This document shows positions 25,577-35,610 of a DNA stretch of 64,000 bases, piece after piece (the stretch's first letter is position 1; each line of letters opens with the position of its first letter). The DNA is taken from NCBI GenBank assembly GCA_036156175.1, contig JAYZVA010000090.1, positions 1,609-65,608 on the forward strand, in the 5' to 3' direction. The stretch comes from Myxococcota bacterium (lineage in GTDB: Bacteria; Myxococcota_A; UBA796). The notes beneath the pieces are model-generated. The model was given only the letters and a program-made list of their open reading frames with translations, was not told the DNA's origin and made no database searches. The translations under genes and the position numbers were made by a program.

Positions 25577-28390
25577 ATGCGTGCGATGCTCATGGCAGGA
25601 CTGGCGGTTGCGGGGTGTTCGGACGCAGCCAAGACCATCGCGGACGCCATCGCTTCTGGCGGTGACACGGCAGCTGGAGCGGATGCAAGCCTTCCAGACA
25701 CGGCGGTCGATCCCGATGACGCGGACCCGTATTCGGCGTGCGTGGATGACCTGATTCCCCCCATGGAGTGGTTCGACGACCGACTCACGCAAACCGTGTC
25801 GGGCTCGATCGAGTTCGGGCAGACGCACGTGAGCCGTCCGGACGACGACCGCTGGGCACCGCCACTCATCGAGCACCGCGCGGCACTGCTGTTGTTTTCC
25901 CCGGACGAAGCCCTGAACGATGCGTCGGATGGCCGGCTCGCCGCGTGGCGGGGCAGCGAACTCATCGGCGTGATGCGCCTCGCCCCGCCCGCACAACTCC
26001 CAACCCCGCTGGAACAGGACCTCACTGAGGTTGCGCTCGAGCCCTGGTCGACAACGGCATGGAGCGCCGCGCTTCCGTGGCAGTGGGTCGAGGAGGGCAC
26101 GCGGCTGACCATCGGCATCGATGCGGGCGACGCGGTGCTCACCGCGGAGCACACACTCACGGACCTCGGTGCTCCGCAGCGGTTCACGCTCTCCCGCTCA
26201 AAAATGGTGCTGTTCGGGGAGGCGGATCACCCGACCACAACCGAGACCGCCGAGCGAATCGGGCGTGATTTCTTTGCAGCGGTTCCCGTTTCCTCCATGC
26301 GGTGGGTCGACTCGGCTCCGTGGCGGCTCGATGAGATCGTGGTCCGGGCCGACGGCGGGCCGGTGGTCGTGGCATCCGAGGGGGAGCGGCTCAGCCAAAC
26401 CTCAGACCCCGATCGCTGGCACATCCTGAAGCATCAGTTCGCGATTGCGATGAGCCTCGCGAACACCGGGCGCGGACTGGCAAAGACCACCGGAGGCGAC
26501 AGCTCGCCGTACGCCTTCGGAACCTCCGTTGGCTCGGGTTGGGTCCGCAATGATGACGGAACCTATTCGGACCTCGACAACGCACCGTACGCCGCCGGCT
26601 GGACGGGCTGGACCGCAATGTGGCTCGGCGAGTGCGCCAATGTCTTCATCCACGAGATTGGGCATTCCTTTACGCTCGCGCACTTCACAGCCGGGACCGG
26701 CAGCGCGTGGGGAATTGGCGACGAGTACCCGCTGGACGGTGTCAACTTGGAGGCCCACCCGTGGGGCTTTGACTCGACCCGACAGCGCTTCCGCACGTGG
26801 TACCGGGTCAATGCCGACGGACCGGTGGTCGCAGAGTCCGGCGGCTGGCAGGGAAAGAGGGACCCGATGAATGGCGGGGAGTCTCCAAACTCGGCCTCGT
26901 GCTTTCCCCAGTACACGCCGTACCATGCCTGGAAGATCCAAGACTGGTCGGAGACGCGGCCAACAATTGCGCGCATCGATGGCGAACCGGGCGTGTACAC
27001 TTGGGATGCCGAGTCGCGGACCATGGTCAAGACCGAGCCGGTCGAAGACGGCTCCATGGCGCCGGTCGCGGTCGATGTTCCCGTGGTGACCGTGATTGGG
27101 ACAATTGCCCACCGACCCGAGTCAAGCCGCGTCTACCCGCCCATTCATTGGGCGAGCGGCAATTCGTTTGACTTTGCAGCACCCGGCGATGCGACCCTTC
27201 ATCCCCACTATGCGGGGTCGAACTACTTCGTGGAGATCGAATACGCCGACGGGTCGAGCGAGCAACGCCTGATTGCGCAGCCAACGGTCCCCGCCACCGA
27301 CACGGACTTGTATCTCTGGAGCGTCAACCTGGAATCAGGGCGGAGTCCCGAGCGCGTCTCGCTGTTCCAGACCGTGGATCCCCATCCTGGCATGGACGTG
27401 GCCACGGCGTCGCTGCTTCACAGCGCACGCATCGACCCGCCAGACGAACCCGTCCCCGCGCCCGTCTTGATCGGAAACGGCTTTGTCGCGAACGGTGCCG
27501 TCTCGCTCACCGAGTGGTGCGAACCCGACATCAACTGTGCCCAGCGGGCGCGGTCAACGGAGTGGGCCACTGGGGCGACCCCGCTGCGCTTCACCGAGCG
27601 GGCGGATGCGCCCGACCCGGCCATTGCGTGCAGCGAAGACGGCTCGGTGACGGAACTGGTGGTGCCCATCCAAGACCAGAGTGGGGAACGCGCGTCGCTT
27701 GTGGTCCATGCGCAGCGAACCGTCCAAACCGCCACCCACCAATGGGCCGGTCCCATCAACGACGACACACCCTGGATCGACGCGGACAACGTTCGCCAAG
27801 GGCTCCGGGCCTGGGTGCCCCACGCACCCAATGCCGATCTGCCCGTCGGCACGTGGTCGAACGCCGACCCGTACACGCTCACTGCCCTGTCCGAGGGTTC
27901 CGCATTCGCCACGGTGCCCTTGGTCATCAACCTCACCATCTTGCCCACTGACGCGGTCGATGTGGGCGGCGGGTACGAAGGCCCGTCCGTCACCACGGAG
28001 GGCAGCTCCACGTTCTTCACGGTCGATGACCCCGCCATGGGACCAACCGAGGGCGTCTGGTGGGGCAGTTCGGCCGCAACGCCGCTGACCATTCCCGTTC
28101 GGAACACCGCGACCGGCGCCACCACGCAGCTTCGGCTCGATGGGTGGAAACGCAGCTGCGACCTCGGGTGGGGCACGTGGTGGTCTCTGAACTCCGCCCA
28201 GGTCGCCGATGGATCCTGTGAGCAGCGGCCTCAGCTCGCGGTCTCGTCGAGCGGAAATGAGCACCTTGAGTCGGGCGAAACCTACGCCAGCCCGCCATCG
28301 GGACCATTGATTCTCCGGGCCCACGCCTGGCATTTGGGCAAACGCATCGTCGATACTCGCGCGATTGAGGTCACCTACACCGTTCCCTGA
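25577..28390 (+). CDS. Large lipoprotein with an M66 (StcE/TagA)-like zinc metalloprotease domain
   Basis: Start MRAMLMAGLAVAGC (lipobox). FIHEIGHSFTLAHF is an HExxHxxxxxH motif, as in M66 HEVGHNYGLGH. About 450 C-terminal residues have no family that I recognise. Confidence 0.65.
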   Translation: MRAMLMAGLAVAGCSDAAKTIADAIASGGDTAAGADASLPDTAVDPDDADPYSACVDDLIPPMEWFDDRLTQTVSGSIEFGQTHVSRPDDDRWAPPLIEHRAALLLFSPDEALNDASDGRLAAWRGSELIGVMRLAPPAQLPTPLEQDLTEVALEPWSTTAWSAALPWQWVEEGTRLTIGIDAGDAVLTAEHTLTDLGAPQRFTLSRSKMVLFGEADHPTTTETAERIGRDFFAAVPVSSMRWVDSAPWRLDEIVVRADGGPVVVASEGERLSQTSDPDRWHILKHQFAIAMSLANTGRGLAKTTGGDSSPYAFGTSVGSGWVRNDDGTYSDLDNAPYAAGWTGWTAMWLGECANVFIHEIGHSFTLAHFTAGTGSAWGIGDEYPLDGVNLEAHPWGFDSTRQRFRTWYRVNADGPVVAESGGWQGKRDPMNGGESPNSASCFPQYTPYHAWKIQDWSETRPTIARIDGEPGVYTWDAESRTMVKTEPVEDGSMAPVAVDVPVVTVIGTIAHRPESSRVYPPIHWASGNSFDFAAPGDATLHPHYAGSNYFVEIEYADGSSEQRLIAQPTVPATDTDLYLWSVNLESGRSPERVSLFQTVDPHPGMDVATASLLHSARIDPPDEPVPAPVLIGNGFVANGAVSLTEWCEPDINCAQRARSTEWATGATPLRFTERADAPDPAIACSEDGSVTELVVPIQDQSGERASLVVHAQRTVQTATHQWAGPINDDTPWIDADNVRQGLRAWVPHAPNADLPVGTWSNADPYTLTALSEGSAFATVPLVINLTILPTDAVDVGGGYEGPSVTTEGSSTFFTVDDPAMGPTEGVWWGSSAATPLTIPVRNTATGATTQLRLDGWKRSCDLGWGTWWSLNSAQVADGSCEQRPQLAVSSSGNEHLESGETYASPPSGPLILRAHAWHLGKRIVDTRAIEVTYTVP

Positions 28391-28440
28391 GCACCCCATC
28401 GGTGTAGACGCGGACCCGCTCGTCATCTACCCTGTTGTCG

Positions 28441-29679
28441 ATGATCAATCGCCGCGAGTTCGGACTGCTTTCAATGGGGGCCCTGTGCCCGCTTCGCGCG
28501 GTCGCCGATGGCACCGCGGCAGAACGCAAATTCGTGTTCATCTTCAACGATGGAGGCTGGGACACCAGTCACGTCTTCACGCCACTCTTTGGGGTCAGTG
28601 GCGCCTACATCGAAGAAGGCGCCACCCGCCGCACAGCGAACGGCATCGAGTACATCGACCACCCTGCCCGACCGGCCGTTCGAGAGTTCTTCGAGCGTCA
28701 CGGTCAACAAGCGGCCGTCATCAATGGAATTGAGGTTCCATCGATTACGCATGAGCGGTGCCGAGAGCTCATCTTGACCGGATCCGGCGCGCTCGCGGAT
28801 GACTGGGGAGCGATCCTTGCGGGGCGCTCCGAGCGGAACCTTTTGCTCCCTCATGTGGTCCTGGATGGGCCGGCGTTCACCCAGACCTTTACGGATCGGG
28901 TGGTCCGAATCGGGGACGCGAACCAACTGCCCAGCTTGCTGGACAACACCGCATTCTCGCTGTCCGCGCTGCCGATCACCGAACTCGGGATCGACGCGGA
29001 GGCGATGGCCGATGCATTCGTGGCGGAACGGGCATCCCGTCACGGCGGCGCGTTCGGCACCGATTACCGAAACGCGCTGGACCGCATTGCCGAGCTCATG
29101 GCGTGGGACGACCTCCAGCTTGACAGCATGATCGCGGGTTGCGAGCGCGACATTGCGGCGGATTGCGCCCTGGCCTTTGACCTGTTCGAGGCCAACCTCA
29201 CCCGCTGCGCCATGCTTCGGTACAAAGGATGGTGCTCCGAAGGGTGGGACACCCACCAAGGCCTTGACCTGCAAGGGCGCAACTTTGGCGACCTGTTCGC
29301 GTACCTCAACGAGGCAATGGATGACCTCAATGGTCGGACCGCAGCATCCGGGAACCCCTTGGCCGATGAAGTCACCATCGTCGTGTTCAGCGAAATGGGG
29401 CGGGAGCCGACCCTGAACACGTGGGGCGGTCGGGACCATTGGACCTTCACAAGCGCCATGATGATCGGGTCGGGCGTCCGGGGGGGCACCGTCGTGGGCT
29501 CGCTGGATGAATCCGGCCGGGGGCGGCGGGTTGACCTCGACACAGGAGCGGCAACGGACGGCGGACGCCTCATGGGGCCCGATGACTTCGGCGCCACGCT
29601 GCTCGCCCTCGGCGGCGTGGACCCCGCCCCCTTCGTCGGCACCGAGCCCGAGCCGATTCGAGCGGTGCTCCAATCGTGA
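28441..29679 (+). CDS. DUF1501-family protein (sulfatase-like fold) with twin-arginine signal
   Basis: MINRREFGLLSMGALCPLRAVA (RR motif); FIFNDGGWD...SEMGREPTLN..GRDHW. A TACCCT box lies 7 nt upstream of the ATG. Confidence 0.75.
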   Translation: MINRREFGLLSMGALCPLRAVADGTAAERKFVFIFNDGGWDTSHVFTPLFGVSGAYIEEGATRRTANGIEYIDHPARPAVREFFERHGQQAAVINGIEVPSITHERCRELILTGSGALADDWGAILAGRSERNLLLPHVVLDGPAFTQTFTDRVVRIGDANQLPSLLDNTAFSLSALPITELGIDAEAMADAFVAERASRHGGAFGTDYRNALDRIAELMAWDDLQLDSMIAGCERDIAADCALAFDLFEANLTRCAMLRYKGWCSEGWDTHQGLDLQGRNFGDLFAYLNEAMDDLNGRTAASGNPLADEVTIVVFSEMGREPTLNTWGGRDHWTFTSAMMIGSGVRGGTVVGSLDESGRGRRVDLDTGAATDGGRLMGPDDFGATLLALGGVDPAPFVGTEPEPIRAVLQS

Positions 29680-30026
29680 TCTGGGCTTTGCTGCTGTCGT
29701 GTGCTGAACCGTCGGAAGTCGACTCGGCGGGCGCCCTTTTGGACACGGGTACGGCAGCCGAGGAGGCCTGCGATTCCGGCTGGAACAGCTGGGCCGGCGG
29801 CTTCTTCACAACCTACTGCACGTCTTGCCACCACCCCAACAGCGCGAACCGACATGGGGCGCCCGAAGGGATGAACTTTCACACCAAGCTGGACGCCGTC
29901 AGCCACCTCGACCGCGTGCGGGTGCGGGTCTTGTCGATGAAAGACATGCCGCTGGGTGGTGGGGTGCCCGAACCCGAGTTGGTTCGACTGGCCGCATGGG
30001 CCGACTGCGTGGATGGTGGGCCGTGA
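29676..30026 (+). CDS. Stand-alone planctomycete-type cytochrome c domain (PSCyt1-like) lipoprotein
   Basis: The GTG start overlaps the DUF1501 stop (GTGA). MIWALLLSCAEP lipobox; heme motif YCTSCHH; ...LSMKDMPLGG..PEPELVRLAAWADCV matches the PSCyt C..CH ... MP ... W pattern. Confidence 0.65.
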   Translation: MIWALLLSCAEPSEVDSAGALLDTGTAAEEACDSGWNSWAGGFFTTYCTSCHHPNSANRHGAPEGMNFHTKLDAVSHLDRVRVRVLSMKDMPLGGGVPEPELVRLAAWADCVDGGP

Positions 30027-30853
30027 TTCTGTGGCTGCTCGCCTGCGCGGGAACGCCAACCGTCACCGAACGCGCCTCCCCCCACGCCCAACCCGGAACG
30101 GCACCCAGCACCGATACCGGTGAACCCGGGTTGCCCGCGGTCGCCGTGGAAGAACTGGAGCCCTCATGGAGCCCCGAGGACGTCGGCGAACGCCTGGCCA
30201 CGGCGCTGGGCCAGATGCCGGATCCCACCGAAGCGGTCAACACCTATGCCAACTTGATGCGTCAAGGCGATGCGGTCTGCCCGGGTTCGGAACGGGTGAT
30301 CGTCGACACCTGGCTGTATGGGTGTGATGCATCCACCGGGTACAGCTTCGCGGGGGTCACCGACTGGCTCACCGGTGAATACGATGTCGCCGGGCAGCCG
30401 ATGGAGATGGAAGGCGTCGCCGGTGATTTCTGGATCGACACCCCAGAGGGACACCGACTGGAGGGCGGCGGAAACGCGGTGGTGCTCACCGATGGTTCGA
30501 CCTGGATCGGCGATCTCACGGGAAGCTGGCGATACTCCGGCGGCAGCGACTGGTTCGCGTACGGCTTCAGCGGCACCGTGTCGATCCAGCACCTGCCGGG
30601 ATTGTTCACCCTCGCGGAAGGGGCAGCCGATGTGCTCGGGACCCACATGGCACTGCACGAACTGATGCTCCCCGATGCCTGCAACGGCGGAGCCCAAGGC
30701 GATCTTTCCCTGCGCGACCCCAATGGCGGGTGGTACCGAATTGCCTTTGAAGGCTGCACGGAGTGCGGGCCCATCACCTTCGAGGGCACCCCAATCGGCG
30801 AGGCATGCGTCGACTTTGGGCCCTTCTTGGCGCGCATCGGGAGCTGGCCATGA
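30023..30853 (+). CDS. Hypothetical lipoprotein
   Basis: The GTG start overlaps the upstream stop (GTGA at 30023-30026). VILWLLACAGTP lipobox. I recognised no family. Confidence 0.55.
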   Translation: MILWLLACAGTPTVTERASPHAQPGTAPSTDTGEPGLPAVAVEELEPSWSPEDVGERLATALGQMPDPTEAVNTYANLMRQGDAVCPGSERVIVDTWLYGCDASTGYSFAGVTDWLTGEYDVAGQPMEMEGVAGDFWIDTPEGHRLEGGGNAVVLTDGSTWIGDLTGSWRYSGGSDWFAYGFSGTVSIQHLPGLFTLAEGAADVLGTHMALHELMLPDACNGGAQGDLSLRDPNGGWYRIAFEGCTECGPITFEGTPIGEACVDFGPFLARIGSWP

Positions 30854-32454
30854 TTGTCGCGCTCTGGCTCGCCTGCACCTCGGCGGACCCCGAACCATCG
30901 GCCGGTCACCGGGGCACCGCCGACGCCATCGAAGACACCGCGTCGGGCTCGCTTCCCCGGGCTCGATTGGACGATGCCGCATGGTTGCGACGCGTCAGCT
31001 TCGATCTCCGGGGCGTGCCGCCAACCACCGCCGAACTGGACGAGTTGAACGACGACCCTTCGCTTGCCCCCAACCTTCGGGACGCGATGATGCACAGCGC
31101 GCGCTTCGAGTCGCGAATGGTGAACGCGCTGGCGGAGCGGTGGCACACCCGAGTCGACGAGTTCGACATCGTCGCCTTCGACTACGGCTTGCCTTCGAGT
31201 GCGGAATACGAATTCGAGCGGGCGGTGGGCGAGGAACCCCTGCGGCTCTTGGCCCGCATCATCGCCACCGATCGGCCCTGGACCGACGCGGTGCTGGCGG
31301 ACTGGACGATGGCCACCCCGTTGCTTGGCGAGATTTGGCCCATCGACTACCCCAGCGGCGAGTCCGGGTGGCAGCCCGCTCGGTACACCGACGGCAGGCC
31401 TTCAGCCGGCGTGCTCTCCACCAACGGGCTGTGGTGGCGGTACACGACGACCGACTCGAACATGAACCGCGGACGCGCTGCAGCCATCTCGCGACTTCTG
31501 CTGTGCGAAGACTACCTGATCCGCCCGGTGGCGTTTTCGGAAGCCGACACATCGGGCACCACCACCGCCGATGCGGCCCAGGAAGATCCGTACTGTCTGG
31601 CCTGCCACTCCAGCCTCGACCCCATCGCGGCATCCCTGTTTGGGTTTTGGTGGATGTCGCTGTATTCGCGGATTGAGGAGACGACCTACCACCCCGAACG
31701 CGAGGCGCTCTGGGAACAATACCTGGGCGTCAGCCCTGGCTGGTACGGGGAACCGATCAGCGGACTGAGTCAACTGGGCCCGTCCATCGCGAATGACAGC
31801 CGCTTCTTTTCGTGCGCGGTGGAATCGATGGCCGAGTTCGTCTGGCGTCGCCCGGTCACCGCAGACGATTCCGATGCCATCGAGTCGCTGCGACGCGGGT
31901 TCTTGGAGGGCGGTGCCGTCGTGCGTCCACTGATTGGCGCGCTGACGGAGGCCGACGCGTACCACGATGCCGAGCCGCGCATGATGACCCACGACCAGTT
32001 TGCTGACACCGTCGAGGCGCTCACTGGGTTCCGGTGGACGCACGAGGGGTACGACATGCTCGACACCGACCGATTGGGGCACCGGCTCCTGCTGGGAGGC
32101 GTGGATGGCATTGCCAATCGCGCACCGCAAGATCGACCGGGGCTCACCTGGGCACTGGTGGTCAAGCGGACGGCGGAGGCCGCCGCATCGCATGCGGTCG
32201 AGCGGGAGCTGGTCGACGGCGGCGAGCGGCGTCTCTTTCGGTTCGTGACCTTGGACACCGTGCCCGATGACGACGACTTCGAACGCGAACTTCGCGGATT
32301 TCACCGGGGCTTCTACAGCCGGGATGCGCCCGATGAATGGGTCGACGAGATGCGCGAGCTCTGGTCGGCGTTGGCGGCCATCGGCACGCCAACCGAAGCG
32401 TGGCAGGCGACCGTGTCCGTGATGATTCGGGACCCGGCATTTTTGACGCACTGA
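30850..32454 (+). CDS. DUF1549/DUF1553-like protein (the usual partner family of DUF1501), lipoprotein
   Basis: The ATG overlaps the upstream stop (ATGA). MIVALWLACTS lipobox. WLRRVSFDLRGVPPTTAELDEL is a DUF1549-like block, and DPYCLACHSSLDPIAASLFGFW is a C..CH..DP block. Confidence 0.6.
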   Translation: MIVALWLACTSADPEPSAGHRGTADAIEDTASGSLPRARLDDAAWLRRVSFDLRGVPPTTAELDELNDDPSLAPNLRDAMMHSARFESRMVNALAERWHTRVDEFDIVAFDYGLPSSAEYEFERAVGEEPLRLLARIIATDRPWTDAVLADWTMATPLLGEIWPIDYPSGESGWQPARYTDGRPSAGVLSTNGLWWRYTTTDSNMNRGRAAAISRLLLCEDYLIRPVAFSEADTSGTTTADAAQEDPYCLACHSSLDPIAASLFGFWWMSLYSRIEETTYHPEREALWEQYLGVSPGWYGEPISGLSQLGPSIANDSRFFSCAVESMAEFVWRRPVTADDSDAIESLRRGFLEGGAVVRPLIGALTEADAYHDAEPRMMTHDQFADTVEALTGFRWTHEGYDMLDTDRLGHRLLLGGVDGIANRAPQDRPGLTWALVVKRTAEAAASHAVERELVDGGERRLFRFVTLDTVPDDDDFERELRGFHRGFYSRDAPDEWVDEMRELWSALAAIGTPTEAWQATVSVMIRDPAFLTH

Positions 32455-32472
32455 TGCGCTCCGGGGTCCGAA

Positions 32473-32973
32473 CTACCGGCGCTGAAGGACCCCCAACTCC
32501 GCGAGAACGGCCCTCGCCGACTGCTCATTGAGCGGCTTGGAGGAGTTGGTCAGCAACTCGCGGCCCAAGACCGTCGCACCCAGGTGCGAAAGCTGAAGCC
32601 GCATCGCCACCAACACCTTCTGACCACCGCCGCCGCTGTGGGTCGCCAGCCCGATGGGCTTGAGGGTGAAGAGTTCGCGAAAGTCGCTGGTGGCAACCGA
32701 CAACCACGCGATCGCATTGTTCAACACCGGCGGCATTGACCCGTTGTATTCGGGCGCTGCAATCACCATGGCGGTGGCGTTTCGGAACGCCGCCTCGACC
32801 GGATCCAGTGCATCCGGGCGACCGGCGGCCTCGCGCTCCGGTGTGTAGATCGGGAGGTTGGTGGCGGTCAGGTCCAACACCCGGTTGTCCAGACCCAGCT
32901 CATTCGCGATCGCCGCCAGCCGTTCCGCCAGCTTCAGGTTGTGGCCACTGCTGGCTGCGCAAATCAACAACAT
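32473..32973 (-). CDS. NAD(P)H-dependent FMN reductase-family oxidoreductase
   Basis: MLLICAASSGHN...VIAAPEYNGSMPPVLNNAIAWLS. Confidence 0.75.
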   Translation of the reverse strand: MLLICAASSGHNLKLAERLAAIANELGLDNRVLDLTATNLPIYTPEREAAGRPDALDPVEAAFRNATAMVIAAPEYNGSMPPVLNNAIAWLSVATSDFRELFTLKPIGLATHSGGGGQKVLVAMRLQLSHLGATVLGRELLTNSSKPLNEQSARAVLAELGVLQRR

Positions 32974-33155
32974 CGCCCTCGCCTCCAACCGCCTCGTAGC
33001 CCGGAACCCGGTCTTGGACATCACCCATCTGCCGATTCACCGCCCGCGAGCAGCGGTCCCCAACCCCCACCGAATCCCACCGGAGTCATTCGTTCGCCGG
33101 TGATGCAGAGGCCTTGGAAGGTTGGCCCATCGGTCGGCGGGGTTACACGCTGTGC

Positions 33156-34181
33156 ATGGCTATGAGCAAGAGCGATGGTGCCGGCGTGCACCGGGAGCAC
33201 GTGGCGGCCTCTGTGGTGGTGCCGACCATCCACACGCTGCCCGACGACCGGATCTTGGTGTGCAACGACGCGCACGGGTTGGTGACGGGCCCGCTGATCA
33301 ACGACGGACGCACCGTCGACTCTTGGCGGCGCCGCGCAACCATCAAGCACGACGCGACCGCCTGGCCGAGTCCCGGTCCCTACGATGCTGCGGTGGTGCG
33401 CCTCGAAAAAGACAAAAAAGCCTTCCAGATGGCGCTTCACGCCGTGTGCGCCTCGCTGAAGCCTGCCGCGCCCCTGTGGGTGTACGGAGCCAACGACGAG
33501 GGCATCAAGAGCGCCGCCAAGGTCATGATGCCGGTGCTGGATGGGGTCGAGACCATCGATGCGCGCAAGCACTGCCGCGTGTTGATGGGGCGCAACCGTT
33601 CTCCCAACCATGCGCTGCGCGCACGCATCGATGACTGGGCATCGCGCGAGACCCTCGCATTTGCGAACGAGACCATTGAACACACGGTCTTTCCGGGTGT
33701 CTTCGCCAAAGGGCGCCTCGACCCCGCCACGGCATTGCTCGTCTCCTGCATCCACGTCCCCGCCCCCAACAGCCGAATTCTCGACTACGCGTGCGGCGCC
33801 GGCGTGATCGGCGGCTGGCTCCTCCGCCGGGACCCGACGCTTGCCCTGACCCAGCTGGACGCGGACGCCGTTTCGACGACCGCCGCCGCAATCAACGTGC
33901 CCAAGGCGAACACGGTTACCGCAGCGTCGCTGGATGCTCTGGGGCCGGCCGACTGCTTCGACTGCATCGTGTCGAATCCCCCCATTCATGTGGGCACTGC
34001 CCGAGACTATGGCGTCCTGCGCCACCTGATTGGCGCCAGCCCGGGGCGGTTGAGCCCCGGAGGCGAACTCTGGCTGGTCGTGCAGCGTCAGGCAGACCTG
34101 GCCCCCCTGCTCCAGGAACGATTCTCCAACGTGACCGTGGTCGAAGACGACGGACGCTTTCGGGTCTGGGCCGCGCGCTGA
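33156..34181 (+). CDS. RsmC/RlmG-like class I SAM-dependent rRNA methyltransferase
   Basis: ILDYACGAGVIGGWL (motif I) and IVSNPPIHVG (NPPxH motif IV). The start is uncertain (33114 or 33156). Confidence 0.7.
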   Translation: MAMSKSDGAGVHREHVAASVVVPTIHTLPDDRILVCNDAHGLVTGPLINDGRTVDSWRRRATIKHDATAWPSPGPYDAAVVRLEKDKKAFQMALHAVCASLKPAAPLWVYGANDEGIKSAAKVMMPVLDGVETIDARKHCRVLMGRNRSPNHALRARIDDWASRETLAFANETIEHTVFPGVFAKGRLDPATALLVSCIHVPAPNSRILDYACGAGVIGGWLLRRDPTLALTQLDADAVSTTAAAINVPKANTVTAASLDALGPADCFDCIVSNPPIHVGTARDYGVLRHLIGASPGRLSPGGELWLVVQRQADLAPLLQERFSNVTVVEDDGRFRVWAAR

Positions 34182-34188
34182 GGCCGCC

Positions 34189-35550
34189 CTACGGTCGGTG
34201 TCGGTACACCAGGTTGAGGCCCGCAGAGAACAACCGAAGCGAATAGGTTCCATTGCCAGAGGGGTACACGGGCCCTTCATCCGGATCGGCCAAGTACGAT
34301 GCCGCGGAGGTCGTGATGGTTCGCTGGGGGGTGAAGAGCCACCCTGCGCTGACCCCGATGTCCAGACCAGCCGCGGTGCGCAGGCCCGCCCCAATGCGGG
34401 TGTCGATGGACTCAAAATCGATGTTGGCGGGATGCACCCACTCGTCGGGGATTGCCCGACTGGAGTACACCGTTCGCGCCATCCAGAAGGTGTCCTCGCC
34501 ATCGATGTCGAGGCGCAATCCGCCGCCTGCGGTGTGTTGATAGCCCAAGCTGCGGTCGGTCTGGGTCTGGATGATCTCGCTGACATCGCTCAAGCCGTAC
34601 CCCTCCAAGATGGCCTCCAAGGCGGGATCCCGGCTCCCCAGCTGCGGGTCCACCATTTCAAAGGCCATGACGGATGCATCTTCCCATCCAATCCAGTGGC
34701 CCTCGACGGCCCAGCGCATGGGTCCCCAGCGACGGGCCAGCAAAACCTGAAGCTCAGCGGGCATCACGATCTCGCCCTCGAGTTCGCTCTCGAGGGTCAG
34801 CGTGAAGGCATTGCTGGGCACCAGGTCGACGTCACCGGTCACCGGAATGCGCGACCCCGTTCGGTACGATGCGGCGACGGTCCAGGGTTCAAAGGCGGTC
34901 CATTGCGCACCAAACACGGCGCCCACAGTCCGACCCTGCACGTTGGTGATGTCCACCACGCCCTCGAGCAGCGGATCGCCGATGAGGTCGGCGAGGTCAT
35001 CGCCGAACAGCTCGACCAACACCGCACCGGAGTCCAGGGCGTACCGCGATTCCGCCTCGAGCGTCTGAACCGCGACCCCGCCTCCCAGGTGCAGGCCGGC
35101 AATGGGCTCCACACCCACGGATGCGCCCATCTCCAGAACCGCGAGTTGCCCGCTGATTCCGTGGAAGCGCTGCGAACTGGACGACGAAACCGCGCCCGCT
35201 GCACGGGCATACGGGGCGCCAAACGACAGCCCCACGCCCACGCCATCAACGCCGGGAATGCTCAACGTCATGGCCGCAAATGGTGCGCCTTGGGACGCGG
35301 CTCCCCCTTCGGCAGATTCGCCCGTCAACTGGGACGAATACGATGCGATGAACTGGGTCCACTCGGCACTGACCTCAAAACCGGAGGTGGCTGCTGCGGC
35401 GGGATTGAAGGGGATGCCGTGCACCCCCGTCTCACCGACGCCCGCAAAGGCGCCGCCGTACTGGGGCATTCCAAACCCAGCAGCCGACCCTCGTGCGTGC
35501 ACCGGACCGGAGCACACCAAGGCAGCGAATGGCATCAAGATGCGAATCAA
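34189..35550 (-). CDS. Outer-membrane transport protein (OMPP1/FadL/TodX family)
   Basis: Signal peptide (L)IRILMPFAALVCSGPVHA; beta-barrel-like sequence; C-terminal ...GLNLVYRHRP. Alternative starts are ATG 35610 (immediately after the upstream stop) and ATG 35535. Confidence 0.6.
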   Translation of the reverse strand: MIRILMPFAALVCSGPVHARGSAAGFGMPQYGGAFAGVGETGVHGIPFNPAAAATSGFEVSAEWTQFIASYSSQLTGESAEGGAASQGAPFAAMTLSIPGVDGVGVGLSFGAPYARAAGAVSSSSSQRFHGISGQLAVLEMGASVGVEPIAGLHLGGGVAVQTLEAESRYALDSGAVLVELFGDDLADLIGDPLLEGVVDITNVQGRTVGAVFGAQWTAFEPWTVAASYRTGSRIPVTGDVDLVPSNAFTLTLESELEGEIVMPAELQVLLARRWGPMRWAVEGHWIGWEDASVMAFEMVDPQLGSRDPALEAILEGYGLSDVSEIIQTQTDRSLGYQHTAGGGLRLDIDGEDTFWMARTVYSSRAIPDEWVHPANIDFESIDTRIGAGLRTAAGLDIGVSAGWLFTPQRTITTSAASYLADPDEGPVYPSGNGTYSLRLFSAGLNLVYRHRP

Positions 35551-35610
35551 TCCCCCCGGAACGCGATGATAGTGGAGTCGTTCGGACTCCTCAAGGACCA
35601 ATGCGACCAT

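Noticed and set aside
32456-32482. Possible bidirectional terminator hairpin (GCGCTCCGG...CCGGCGC) between the convergent genes ending at 32454 and 32473.
   Set aside because: Only 4-5 contiguous base pairs can form, the loop is 11 nt, and there is no U-tract on either strand.
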